In this document: one piece after another, positions 18,059 through 31,795 of the stretch
How the letters are laid out: each line of letters begins with the position of its first letter
How positions within the stretch are numbered: position 1 is the first letter of the stretch
Origin: Octopus vulgaris
Lineage: Eukaryota
Assembly (NCBI GenBank): GCA_951406725.2
Contig: OX597823.1
Coordinates: 53,258,001-53,322,000, forward strand
Length of the DNA: 64,000 nucleotides
Direction: 5' to 3'
Position numbers and translations under genes: made by a program
Notes under the pieces: model-generated
The model's input: only the letters and a program-made list of their open reading frames with translations
What the model was told of the DNA's origin: nothing
Databases searched by the model: none

Positions 18059-18321
18059 TGGTAAAAACGGTAAGATAACAAAAGAAAGAAAGAGACCTCA
18101 ATATTATGTAAATAGAGGAAATTTATCTGTAAAATAATATGTGACAATTATTCAATAGCCAAGATAAAACTCTGAGTTTCGGATGCCGAGGTGGAAATCC
18201 ACAACACCATCTCTTCAATGATGGTCAGATAACCGAAGAGATGGTGTTGTGGATTTCCACCTCGGCATCCGAAACTCAGAGTTTTATCTTGGGTATTGAA
18301 TAATTGTCACATATTATTTTA

Positions 18322-18325
<4 letters not shown>
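18059..18325. mobile_element. Penelope-like terminal repeat in inverted-duplicated form, inserted in (TA)n
   Basis: 91-bp arms 18126-18216 and 18235-18325 with 1 mismatch and an 18-nt spacer; contains a hammerhead fold. Confidence 0.75.
18227..18289 (+). ncRNA. Minimal type-I hammerhead ribozyme-like motif (CCGAAGA variant)
   Basis: Stem I AGATAA/TTATCT; core CCGAAGA; imperfect stem II GATG...GTGG-ATTT-CCAC...CATC; GAAAC; short near-palindromic stem III ACTCAGAGT; GUU triplet. Confidence 0.65.
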
Positions 18326-18384
<59 letters not shown>

Positions 18385-19032
18385 TGTGTGTGTGTGCGTA
18401 TGCAATGTATATATATATTACATATATGTATATGTATATATATATATATGTATATGTATATGTATATATATATAGACATACACACATACATATGTGTATA
18501 TGTGTTGTATGTGTGTGTGTTTTGCTGTATCTTATGACTTCACACTCATTTGATGTATTTTTTGGTGGGAGGTGGGGTTAATATGATTTTTATGTACTCA
18601 AGACTGTTATAGCCATATGTATTAATATGTATCAAATTCTACCACACAAGATGGTTAACTCTAGTTAGGGTATCATAAATTGAATAACAACAGTTTTGTT
18701 TATTTGTTTTGTTTTATATTTCAATTTTTAGTGCAAAATATGAAGACAGTGGAAATACATGAGCCCACAATTTCGACCGATTAACTTAGAATTATATAGT
18801 AATGCAAAACCAAGATGGACATATCGAAGTATCTCTAAAATCTTGTTTTAAATCTGGGTGACATTGGTACGGTCACTCTACATGTTAGAAATGGCAACTA
18901 AGTTTTTCTCATCTTTAAGAGAAGCATGTATTAATGAATACTGAAGTTCTCGATATACTAACTTAAAATTACACCTTTGATTAATATTGCTAACATAAAG
19001 TATAATAGACAGTACAAATATAAAATGTAATA

Positions 19033-19425
19033 AGGCGTGGTTGTGTGCTAAGCTTGCTTCCCAACCACATGGTTCCAGGTTCAGTTCCGCTGCGAAGTAC
19101 CTCGGGCAAGTGTCTTCTACTAAAGCCTTAGGCCGACAAAGCGTTGTTAGCGGATTTCGTAGACTGGATCTGAAAGAAGTCCGTCGCGTGTACATGTGTA
19201 TGTGTGTGTGTGTGTGTGCGTGCCTGTGTATGTGTGTCCCACACTAGTGCTTGACAACTACTGTTGGTGTGCTTACGCCCTTGTAACTTAGCGGTTCGGC
19301 AAAATATAATGATAGAATTAGTATCAGGCTTCAAAAAATATATTAGGAGCGATTCATTCGCTAAAAATTCTTCCAGGCGATATCCCTGCATGGCTGCAGT
19401 CTAATGACTGAATGAAGTAAAAGAT
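19033..19425 (+). mobile_element. SINE family A with internal (TG)n
   Basis: Head, body and tail (gcatggctgcagtctaatgactgaa) all recognisable. Confidence 0.88.
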
Positions 19426-19657
19426 CTTATAAAAAATAAAAAATTCCACCAGAGCATAATATAGGCTTGTTAAACGAAAACATTCGTTTAATACACATCC
19501 CTAGAATATTAAAAGTAAATATTGTAATACATTTAAAAATATTGTAACTCATAATAAACTAGTATGAAGTAGTATAAATAGTACAAATATAGTATAAGAA
19601 TGTCTCTAATTTAGTACATTAGTATATAAACAATTAACAAAATTAGATTTATATATA

Positions 19658-19890
19658 TATTTCTTTACTACCCACAAGGGGCTAAACATAGAAGGGACAA
19701 ACAAGGACAGACAAAGGGATTAAGTCGATTACATCGACCCCAGTGCGTAACTGGTACTTAATTTATCGACCCCGAAAGGATGAAAGGCAAAGTCGACCTC
19801 GGCGGAATTTGAACTCGGAACGTAACGACAGACGAAATACTGCTACGAATTTCGCCCAGCGTGCTAACGTTTCTACCAGCTCGCCGCCTT
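19658..19890 (-). mobile_element. SINE family B monomer with ~17-bp TSD
   Basis: Near-consensus copy; AATTAGATTTATATATA at 19641-19657 and 19891-19907. Confidence 0.95.
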
Positions 19891-19909
19891 AATTAGATTT
19901 ATATATAGA

Positions 19910-20197
19910 CTAGCTATTTTGACCCATGCTTCGCTCGGGTTTTGGTGGTGGTGTTGTTTTGTGCGTGTTGTCTCCTTTTCCCTTTCTTGTTTTGTTCGTC
20001 TTCTCTGCCTTTCCCATATTCCTCACCATGGCAACCAAACGGTAGCCCCGAGCGTCTTGCAACCATCTTCATACCATTGCCCACCCGATTTTACCCCCAG
20101 TGTAAATTTTGGCGCCAATCCGACCCCATCTACCAAAATGAGACAAATAACCAAGAAATCAAACAACTTTTTCGCATTTCAGCTTTATAGATATTGA
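19910..20197 (-). mobile_element. Non-autonomous Helitron
   Basis: Minus strand starts A|TCAATATCTATAAAGCTG and ends hairpin ACCCGAGCGAAGCATGGGT-CAAAATAG-CTAG|T; insertion between A and T with no TSD. Confidence 0.8.
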
Positions 20198-20414
20198 TAT
20201 AACTTAATGAATTAATTTTTTGAATGATAATTAAACCAAGATTACATGTCAGAGTTGGTAAATTAGTTTTCAAAGATTAGTACTAAATTTTTTAAATGGA
20301 AAGTAATCCCAAATGTATATCCAATAGATTGAGAGTGGTGGCGGGTAGAAGAGATGCATGTAATCGTATATAGTCATTTTATAAGACAATAGCCAACAAG
20401 TATATATGTATGTA

Positions 20415-20685
20415 TATGATGGACTCTCCTGTCGAAGGCGACGTATGAGTGTTCAACATTTTTTTGCCGAACTACCTGCACAAATGATTTGTCTATAGTG
20501 ATTAAATATTCGTGCCGAACATTAGCTCACACCTTCCTTCAAACCAGCGTTACCTGAACAGGTGCACGGTGTACCACGCGTCAGGTGTCGAAACGATTGC
20601 AGAGCAACTTGAGATGAAGTATTTTGCTCAAGAACACAACGCACCACCCAGTCTGGGAATTGAAACCGCGATCTCGCAGTACACA
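20415..20685 (-). mobile_element. tRNA-derived SINE (further family), head partly lost
   Basis: Minus strand gatcgcggtttcaattcccagactggg (B box; same head as 14398) then tgcgttgtgttcttgagcaaaatacttcatctc. Confidence 0.7.
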
Positions 20686-22568
20686 CTCAAGTGAATCCTT
20701 CACACACAGACATATACGTGTGTGTGTTTGTGTATGTGTAAAGGATAGGATGGTTCTAATTTACTTCGTTGATGATTTAATATATTCAATAAGACTGTTA
20801 TCTTCAAAAATTAAATCTTCGCGCATCAACTACTCTAAATTAAAATAAAACCCTAACGCCAGTCCTAAAATGTACCTGATTACTGTACAATCTGACAACC
20901 CTGAGTGCAACCATCTTGAGAGTGGGCAATATGCATAGCCAAAGTTTCCTAGTGTGAAGTAAATGAAAAATAAAATCATCGTGATTGGACGCCAGTATGT
21001 TTCTTGAACCTTTTCCCCGACAACCTAGAAAATGGATATTGGTATTTTGAGCTTTAGAAACATATGAGTTCGTTCGTTATCCGTCTTCTGTGGCGCACAA
21101 ATAACCGAAAGCACAACATCCATCCCACCCTCGCTGAATGGGAGAAGGAAGGCAGTCCGTTGCAGAGTCACTCATTTACCAGTGAGTGGGAAAAAAATAA
21201 AAACATAACATATCGCTTGGTCCCCGGAATCGAAACCAAAATCTTACGAATATGAACGAACACTCCTAACCACTAAGCCACGTATTTTCAGTCAGTCAGT
21301 TGACGAACTAAACGTAATAACTTAGTATGTAGTGTCATACTCAGAAAAACGCGCGCACACAGAAAAATACACGCATATATAGACATTCACTAAGCGTTTT
21401 ACTTGTGGGTTTGGCTCGTGGTGTCCACATCAACAGACCACACTTAATCATTCATAAGGCCGTCAAAAGCTACATATGCAAATTACTCGGACTAAAAATA
21501 TTTCTTTAGATCAATAAAGCAAATTTGAAGCTCTCTACTGTTGGAAAATAAATAACAAAAAGCATCATGGGACTCCTTGCGTCAGCATTTATGAATCCCT
21601 CGATTGCGTTCAAACGGGAAAAAAAATAGAACACCCACTTGTGAAGTCTCTAGAATTCCCTGGGAGAGAAAACAAAAGAAACTTAATTCTTAAACCAAAA
21701 CAGTAATTTCATATAAGCTACACTTGTGAATTTATATAATTAAAGATACATTATTCGTGTCAGTCGCCCGCTGACACTCGTTGAGGTTACATCGAAGAGG
21801 CCAGGGAACAGAAGAAAGAAGAAGAAAGAAGACATGCACCCAACACCAGAGCTGAAGACACCTCCGAAAGTGGAGGCTCCGCCACGTCAGAACGGTAGAG
21901 GAGTAGGGGCCGAAACCGGACGTGGTTCCTCCTAATGATGTCTTGAGCTAACTGGATCCTATAAAGGCGCTGTTGTGGTAGCAGACCACGAAACACGGTT
22001 GAAATTCCTTCCTTCAACACAGATGTGCCATCGCAGATCCTCTGCACTTGGAGTTCACGTCTGATATAGTAGGATCTCCACTTCTTGTCTACTTTACAAC
22101 TCAACTATGAATTATGAAATTGCAGCTAAATCTTCCTCGAAACACACCGTTTAAAAAGAAAGAAAAAGGACACTGAGTTACGCAGTCGTAAATTACCGAA
22201 ATATTAATAATGGTCACGACTAGAACGTCTTTGAACATAGGTATGATCTCTCTCAGTTCTAATTTGATGCTAGGTAACATCAAACACTACAACAACAACA
22301 ATGACGACGACGACTACAACACCACCACCATCAACAACTTGACAAGAACAACACCAGCAACACCACGACTGTAGCAGCTACAAGATGCCTCTACGTGATC
22401 ACACGTACAGCTAGACATAGCAGCCAAATCTCTCTTACATCACACACTTCCGTCTTGAAAAATATATTTCTAGATACTCTGAAAAAGGCTAGATGGTCAC
22501 GATTGGACCATCTTTGATAATAGAGCTGATATATCAGAACTGGCCTGGTACAAAACAGCATTCGTGTA

Positions 22569-22617
<49 letters not shown>

Positions 22618-22631
22618 AATGAGTGTATAAA

Positions 22632-23012
22632 AATGGCTGTGAGGTTAAGAAATTTGGTAAGCAGCCACGTGGTTTCGGGTTCAGTCCCACTGCAAGTGAG
22701 TAGACATTGGGAGACGATTTGGAAGCTATGTGAAAGCCAGTTGTACGGAAGTCCGCTCGTGTGTGTGTGTGTGGGGGGTCTATGGGTCTTTGTATTTATG
22801 TTTGTCAGCGGACCCCTACAATTGTTATACAACTAGTTGGTATGATTACGTCCCCATAATTATGTGGTTCGGCAAAAGAGACCGATAGAAGAAGTGTCAG
22901 ATTTAAAAACAAAAACAGAACTAGCGGGGTCAATCTGTTCGACTAAAACTCTGCAATGTGGTGCCCCAGCGTAGACACTGCCTAATGATTGAAACTAGTA
23001 AAAGATAAAAGA
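22632..23012 (+). mobile_element. SINE family A, diverged
   Basis: atggctgtgaggttaagaa...gggttcagtcccactgc...ggttcggcaaaagagaccgataga...gtggtgccccagc. Confidence 0.85.
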
Positions 23013-24014
23013 GATCTTAGAATTAAAGCATATTTGTGTTCCTTGTACAACCAGCGATCAGAGCTCGGTAACAGGTACCAATTTTTCGCTGGATACCTTA
23101 GGTACTTATGGAGTCCTGAGTAGATACAGACATCTCAAACCCAACTTCATTCTTGACCCAACGGAAAATCCAGCAAAGATGGGAGAAATGCTGAGTGAAT
23201 AACAGCGTTCAAGAGTATAATGCCCCACCCAGTGCAGCAACTGAGCCCTGCAACCTTTGCTCATGAACTGCCTCGTGCAATCTCCCACCAACTTCATAGG
23301 AATTGTGAACGGAGATGGACGGATGTAGATAACAGTGTAAACAATCTATAGACGACGAATTGACTAAATTGTTCAAACGTAGGACTATATGCTATGTGTT
23401 CATTTATTCTGGCTCCATGCACTTTGAATTCAAATCCGGCCGAGTACAAGTTTGTATTCATCGTTTCGAGACGTAATTTGTTGGAGCGCCGGACGAGGTA
23501 TTTGGCAGTGTTTCTTCTTGATCTTTTATGTTCTTGGATGGTATACTTAATCTATCGTCTATGTAAACACTACCACCTGGTCCTTGGGTGTCTTTAGCGA
23601 AGCCTACTCAGTTGCAAGCATTCAATCCTCCCCAACTGTCTTAGTTAAACACTACTGAAACTAGACTTGTCTTCTGTATGCAAAATATGTTCAGATAATA
23701 TTTTGCTCATCAGATCCTTTCAAGGCGTTGGCAGATTTATCGAATCAAAACTCGGGCTACGATGTTGGCCAAACTGTGTGATATGCGCGGGGTAGAACAG
23801 GCACAACGCGACTTTTCGAACATTAATGGGTAGACCAGAACCTCTTATGATCTGCACTAGTTTACGAACATGAACTTTAAATTCCCACAGCTGCCAGACT
23901 AGATTAATGGGCAGCATTGTCGCACAATACTTTGTACAGTATAGTATTCATAAACTTGTATCCTTTATACTAAGGAACAGGGACCTGTATTTCATTTAAT
24001 TATTATTTTTTATT

Positions 24015-24411
24015 TTTTATTCTTTTACTTGTTTCAGTCATTTGACTGCGGTCATCCTGAAACACCACTTTAAGGGGTTTTGGTCGAACAAATAGACTCC
24101 AGCTCTTATTCTTTATAAGCTTGATGCTTATTCTATCGGTCTCTTTTGCCGAATCGCTAATTACGGGGATGTAAACACACTAACACCGGTTGTCAAGTGA
24201 TGATGGGGGACACAAACACACAAATATATACATATATGCATATATATACTACGGGCGTCTTTTAGTTTCCTTCTACCAAATCCACTCACAAGGCTTTGGT
24301 TGGCCCGAGGCTATAGTAGAAGCCACTTGCCCAAGGTATCATGCAGTTGGACTGAACCCGGAACCATGTGGTTGGGACGCAAGTTTCTTACCACACAGCC
24401 ACACCTGCGCC
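24015..24411 (-). mobile_element. SINE family A
   Basis: Full head to tail on minus strand; short internal TA/CA tract. Confidence 0.92.
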
Positions 24412-25681
24412 TTATTTAAATAAATTTAATAATTGTGTAACTTAAAGATCACCATTCTCGGTTCGACAAAACCAATAATTCAGAAAGGCTTTGGAACCAA
24501 AAGTTTCGAGAAATCGGTGTTGTACATGTATGTTATGAAGTGCAATGTTGCTATTGCTGTGTTTAGCCCTGATTGAGTTCTGATCGGGTAGTCTTATGGC
24601 ATATCAAACGGCTAGGCATAAACCATAAATAAGTTATATCATGCCTCAACCTAATTGAGGGCCAAAGTGCAAACCCCAACATGCAGCTTTTAAGTGCATG
24701 AAATGGTGCAGTGTGACAACCTTGATATGTATTCTCACCATTCTCTGATATATTTCTGAGCAAAGATATATTCCAGCCATTTCCATACTGACCTTTTCTC
24801 TGATATCATACGCCTAGGAATACATAATTCCACGTGCCCTTTCTGTTATAAAAATGTAGAGCGGCATTTAAGAGAGATTTTTAAAACTATTTCTTGCACG
24901 TCGCGCGAGACGTCACAAAGAGATTCCCTCGTTTTCCAGGAAGGAGGGCCTCAGTAATTTTTAAAATTCCAAGCACTTGGCCCTTCGCTTCTCGTAAATT
25001 TAAGCTCACATTATCCAATGTGTCCTTTCAAGTCAGTAAGGATGTGAAGGAATTTGACAGCTATTTTAATTACCACAAAGAAGATATTGCATTAGCACGG
25101 TTTTGTTTTTATTTTGTTTTGGTGAGTGGGGACGGTTTTATTTCGATAACATGTATGTAACTCCTGACGAACCGATTTCACAGAAGCAATCCTTCACGAA
25201 GAGGGGACTCTTCTGTAGTACCCATCACAGTTTCTGGGCTCGCTTGCGTTGCAGCTGTAGTTCAAAGGTGTTGATATGCGTGCATTTGCATTGTTTTTAG
25301 CTCAAAGTCAGTCCTGATCGAACAGAACAATGATCAAAAGCATTCCATCCGTGACCATCTCATCTTATATGCAGAGAACCTACATCACATTAATCAATGT
25401 AAACAACTGAAAGACAAGGAGTAACCTTAATAGGAAGATGGACATATCTGTCCATCTTCGTATTAAGGTATATCTTCTAAATGAGTGCAGTACTCCACAC
25501 CCTGACATGTAGTCACCTAGTAAACCGTACTAAACCGCATGTCTAGTCCAGTGGATGTCAACCATCATTTTTTACACGTAGACACCTTTAATTCCTATTT
25601 CACTCTACAAGACCCCATAACAACTCGATGCTTTAAAAAGTTCCATTATATCTTTATTATTAAATATTATTAGAAATTACA

Positions 25682-25893
25682 TTTTTTTACTTGTTTCAGT
25701 CATTTGACTGCAGCCATGCTGGAGCACCGCCTTTAGTCGAGAAAATCAACCCCAGGACTTATTCTTTGTAAGCCTAGTACTTATTCTATCGGTCTCTTTT
25801 GCTGAACCGCTAAGTGACGGGGATGTAAATACACCACCATTGGTTGTCAAGCAATGTTGGGGGTACAAACACAGACACACAAACATATACACA

Positions 25894-25986
<93 letters not shown>

Positions 25987-26149
25987 GACGGGCTTCTTTC
26001 AGCTTCCATCTACCAAATCCACTCACAGGGCTTTGGTCGGCCCGAGGCTATAGTAGAAGATACTTGCTCAAGGTGCGACGCATTGAGAATGAACCCGGAA
26101 CCATGTGGTTAGTAAGCAAGCTACTTACCACATAGCCACTCCTGCGCCT
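25682..26149 (-). mobile_element. SINE family A, near-consensus, internal (TA)n(TG)n
   Basis: aggcgcaggagtggctatgtggtaagtagcttgc...aaggcggtgctccagcatggctgcagtcaaatgactgaaacaagtaaaa. Confidence 0.95.
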
Positions 26150-26454
26150 TCAAGAAATTGTTGAAATATTTTGTATATCGTAGAAGAATAACCAATTTAT
26201 TACACAAATTTTAGCAACAAAATCTTATATGGACCCCCAAGAGTCATATAGACCCCAATTGAAAACTACATCCTTTTCTTAAAAACCTAAAGATTACGGT
26301 CGTAGTCAAAGTGAAGGTGGCTGAGACGGATTCTGCCGAAACGCGACACGTTGCTGTTCCTCTGCATTTACTGTTGGCGATGTGTCACACGACACACTGT
26401 CTAGGGCCAGTGTGTCTATTAATGATTTAACAGTTGTCCCTCTGTATAGGTGCA

Positions 26455-26810
26455 TGGGGTTGAATATTGTTCAGTGACCTGGAACAGCGTGTCGTGAAGT
26501 TTTTGTAGGGCTCTGCCAACTCTTTATAAGAAGTGAAGATTTTACAGTTGTTTGTTGCGATGTTGGATTCAAGCTGTGGTTTAATAAACAGTTATATGCT
26601 GCAGTGTCATATAAAGCTGATATAACATCATATAATGTATACGTGGAATGGTGTAGAATACTGTTCTGTGATGTGGAACAGCATGTGAAGTTTTGTACAG
26701 GGCTCTACTATCGCTTTATAAGAAATGAATTAATTTGAGGTGGTTTGTCACGATGTTGGATATAGGCAGTGGTTTCATAAACAGTTGTATGTTGAAATGT
26801 CATATAATGT
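26455..26810. repeat. Diverged two-copy tandem duplication, period ~195 bp
   Basis: gaata.tgttc.gtga..tggaacagc..gtgaagtttt...gggctct...ctttataagaa.tgaa...cgatgttggat...gtggttt.ataaacagtt.tatg.tg...tgtcatataa occurs at ~26460 and ~26655. Confidence 0.85.
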
Positions 26811-27017
26811 TTATAATGACCGCGAACTGGCAGAATCGGTTCCACGCCGAGCAGAATGTTCTGAGTTCAAATGCCCTCCAAGTTGATTTTGCTGTTCGTC
26901 CTCTCAAGGCCGATTAGCGACCACCCGCAAAATGGTAGGCATTGTGCCTATAGTATAAAGAATTATGATATAATCATCATATAATGATTTAATAATGTTA
27001 TAATCATATCACGGGAT

Positions 27018-27255
27018 CACGGTATCGACCAGACTATCGGATGTTGCTAAACATCGCTGGTCACAGTGCACTTCGCATCGTTTTAACTTTCGAATGATGC
27101 TCCCCCGCTGGCTAGGCAAGCAGGCCAACATTCCCCTGATTGGAAGGCTAGTCAGTCGCATGGTTAGCATTTAAAGCTGAGTGGGCTGGAGCAAGTGTTT
27201 CGCTCAAGAACACAACGCACAGCCGGTCTAAGAATCTAACTTGAGTGCAACACTC
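27018..27255 (-). mobile_element. tRNA-derived SINE family D
   Basis: Colinear with 34540-34815; tail gcgaagtgcactgtgaccagcgatgtttagcaacatc; tail fragment also at ~33028-33055. Confidence 0.75.
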
Positions 27256-27775
27256 CTTCTCTCTGATATAATGATATATAATTCTGTATATCCAGAATAA
27301 AGAGGTATTATATAATACGGTACGGTGCACTGTGTACGGACCGAATATGACTGAATTATTAAGCAGTTCGATTTGCAATTACGTGAACAAAAGTTCGATC
27401 CTACCGCTAGGCATTTTAAACCACGGCCTCAGGTGATCCAAACTTTGTGAGAAAAGTCAGGAAAATAAAAAACTATTTGACAGCTCATCAGATGGATTGT
27501 ACCCATAAATCAAAGACGCAACATTCTTATGCGCTGCAACATACTGGTTCTATCTTAGAATAACGTTAAAGATACACACGGTATACACAGCCACTTTACA
27601 CTAATTTAATGAGCAGATCGTTCAGTTGACTGAACAACTGAATACTTCACGTTGAAACTGACGGAAATCCGTTTGCTGTGATGTACAGTGGATTACTGTC
27701 CTGCTCTCCGTTAGAGTGACATGATGCAGCATATGATGCTACATTTCACTGTGCTATTGTTCACAATAGTATGTC

Positions 27776-28295
27776 TGCCGAGGTCGACTTTGCCTTTCAT
27801 CCATTCGGGGTCAATTAAATAAGTACCAGTTACGCACTGGTGTCGATATAATCGACTTAATCCGTTTGTCCCCTCTGTATGTAGCCCCTTGTGGGCAATA
27901 AAGAAATAAGAAACGTTAGCACGCCAGTCGAAATGCTTAGCGGTATTTCGTCTGCCGCTACGTTCTGAGTTCAAATTCCCCCGAGGTCGACATTGCCTTT
28001 CATCCTTTTGGAGTCGATTGAATAAGTACCAGTCAAGCACTGGGGTCGATATAATCGACTTAATCCGTTTGTCTGTCCTTGTTTGTCCCCTCTATGTTTA
28101 GCACCTTGTGGGTAATAAAGAAACAGATATTTCGTCAGCCACTACGTTCTGAGTTCAAATTCCGCCGAGGTCGACTTTGCCTTTCATCCTTTCGGGGTCG
28201 ATAAAATAAGTACCAGTTGCGTACTGGTGTCCATCTAATCGACTGGCCCCCTCCGCAAAGATTTCGGGCCTTGTGTCTAGAGTAGAAAAGAAATA
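27776..28295 (+). mobile_element. SINE family B multimer, 5'-truncated (three bodies, last with short tail)
   Basis: Repeated gccgaggtcgactttgcctttcatcc...aataagtaccag; junctions at ~27908 (gaaata|agaaacgttagc) and ~28125 (gaaaca|gatatttcgtc). Confidence 0.92.
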
Positions 28296-28609
28296 GCAAC
28301 CGCAAACAGACATACAAGTAAACTCATACGCATGTAAGGAAACTAAAAATTGGATGAGTGTGTGTATACATGTATGGTTATATATGTTTTTGTACATGAC
28401 GTCTGAATGTGTTTGTGTGTGTACAAGTGCGTGTGCATGTGTGTGAGTTGGAATTAGCAGTGGCAAAATCGTGTCTTAAGGGCATAGAAAAGTATACAAA
28501 AGAAAGAGGAAAGAAGCAAATGAAAGAATTTTAACAGAAACACTGAAAGAACAAATGAGACTAAATCAATAAATGGATGAGACATGGATATGGATAGATG
28601 TGCATTACT

Positions 28610-28726
28610 TATTGCATGTATGTATGTATGTATGTATGTATGTATGTATGTATGTAGGCATACCTCTATGTAAGAACATATATATAAATGTATGCATTTG
28701 GAAATTCATACATATAATATATGTGT

Positions 28727-28768
<42 letters not shown>

Positions 28769-28829
28769 GAGCACCAATGGGTGAAACTGTCGAGCTCTCG
28801 GCCCTTGAGCTACTCTGTTCTGCCGATAA

Positions 28830-28898
<69 letters not shown>

Positions 28899-28928
28899 GT
28901 ATATATATATAGATATATAGATATATAG

Positions 28929-29009
<81 letters not shown>

Positions 29010-29174
29010 TGTATGTATATATATATATATATATATATAGTCTCATGTCTTGAGTTCTATTTCCTTTTGCACCATCAAGCTTATATATATGTACATACAG
29101 ACAGACAGACACAGACACAAACACATACATACATACATACATACATACACACACACATATACATACATACACAC

Positions 29175-29207
<33 letters not shown>

Positions 29208-29504
29208 TATACATACATACATACATACATACATACATACATACATAAGAATTATGTTTGTATTTACACACACACATAGCTGTATACAAAATACATAAAT
29301 AAAAAAGACGTGCATGTATGTTACACATATTCAAATGATGTTACGTTTTAAGTTTCTTCAAAAGGAATACTCGTGTTACTTTGAGTGGTAGCAAAATTTA
29401 TTTCAGTTCTACCAACACCTTCCTATCTTGTGCCCAACTCTTTTTTCTGTGAGTGGGTGTTTTTTGCTTTTTTAAAGGCAAATGTGTGTTCATATACATA
29501 TATG

Positions 29505-29552
<48 letters not shown>

Positions 29553-29734
29553 CATACATACATATATATATATATATGCATGTATGTATGTATGCATTTA
29601 TGTGCGTATGTATGCATGTATACAAGGACGTGTGTATGTATGTAAGCATCTATGTATGTGTTGTTAATGGTGGAGGGAATATGGAATGAAAGAATAAATA
29701 AATGAACGCTGGGAATAATGATGAGGGAACGAAA

Positions 29735-29771
<37 letters not shown>

Positions 29772-30440
29772 ATCAATAAATAGGAAGAAACTATAAAGAA
29801 AGCGAGAGATGGATAGACAGAGAACTATAAAGGGAGGAGACCAAAGACAGAAAGAGACACAGAGAGAAAGGAAGATGGAGTTTATGTCATAGACAGACAG
29901 TGAGGATAAAAGGGAGATGTGCGTAAGGCAGAGAGAAGCTGAGAAATTGGCAGTGGTCAACGGACAACGGACAACGGACAGTGGAAATAGTGGACATAGT
30001 GGACAACAACACATGGACAATATGAAAGTGAGGTGGGCAAGCAGGGTAGCGGGGAGAGGAAGATAAAAACATAAGCACGGTATGTATGTTAATGCCTGCG
30101 TGAATGTTGTATAGGTTGTGTGCTGTCTTGTGTGAGAGTATGAGTGAGCATGTACGAGTTTCCCTATGATGCGCATGTGTGCTTGTGTAAGGTGAAGTCG
30201 CATCCATGAATGTATATGTGCACGTATGTAAGTACATATATATATGTGTCTGTGCGTGTGTGTGGGTGGGTGTGTCTCTCACACTCTTTACACGCGCACA
30301 CACACACACACACCTATATATATATAAATGCATACGTATGTGCGTTTATGTGAGTGCATGAAGTAGACAGACAGACAAGCAGACATACACACAGACAGAC
30401 ACACAGACATACTGACAGACAGACAGACAGACAGACAGAC

Positions 30441-30532
<92 letters not shown>

Positions 30533-30576
30533 GGCTGGATGGATGGATGGATGGATGAATAGATAGATAGACAGAC

Positions 30577-30659
<83 letters not shown>

Positions 30660-30781
30660 TAGAGGTATCGCTGTATGCATATGTCGATATCTGTATACGT
30701 ATGTTTATATGCTTTTTGCATGCATAATTTGTATAGGTGTGATTGTATGCAAGTGCATACGTGTATGGGTGTATGTATATA

Positions 30782-30817
<36 letters not shown>

Positions 30818-31204
30818 TATCTATCTCTATATATTATATATATATATGCATATATATATGTACATCTATCCATCCATCCATCCATACATACATACATACA
30901 TATAGAGATGTGTGCTTGTGTAGGTGTTTAGATAGTAAGTACACATGCATGGATGCTTGTGGCAAAGCATATCAACGTGTATGTGTGTGTGTGTGCGCGT
31001 GTGTGTATGTGGTGTGTGTGTGTGTGTGTGTATGTGTGTTTGTTTGTCAGAGAGTATATGCGTTTGTGGCTTTTGTCTTATGCGTGCAAGTGGTACACAT
31101 TTATGTTTGAATGCATGACACTATGAACGTTTGGCTGACATGTATGCGTACTTACGCTTGTGTATAAGCTTTCGCATGCATATCTAAGTACGTTATAGAC
31201 AGAC

Positions 31205-31300
<96 letters not shown>

Positions 31301-31310
31301 GTACATGCAT
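28610..31310. repeat. Compound microsatellite field (TATG)n/(TA)n/(CATA)n/(GAAA)n/(GATA)n/(GACA)n/(GATG)n
   Basis: Directly visible, interspersed with low-complexity unique sequence. Confidence 0.93.
28767..28832 (+). mobile_element. ~65-bp insert in (TA)n with 5'-truncated hammerhead-like motif
   Basis: (TA)n-ACGA GC ACC AATG GGT GAAAC T GTC...-(TA)n. Confidence 0.5.
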
Positions 31311-31324
31311 GCATAGTCATTATA

Positions 31325-31795
<471 letters not shown>

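Noticed and set aside
21775-22100. GC-richer segment with CTGAAGA...GAAACCGG and a K/E-rich frame
   Set aside because: Stems do not pair as a hammerhead; frames contain stops; probably an unclassifiable retroelement fragment.
23085-23330. QQRWEKC resembling a mariner C-terminus
   Set aside because: Single short motif with no supporting upstream motifs or TIR.
29955-30020. Short (ACGGACA)n/(AGTGGACAT) repeats
   Set aside because: Only a few units; ordinary slippage.
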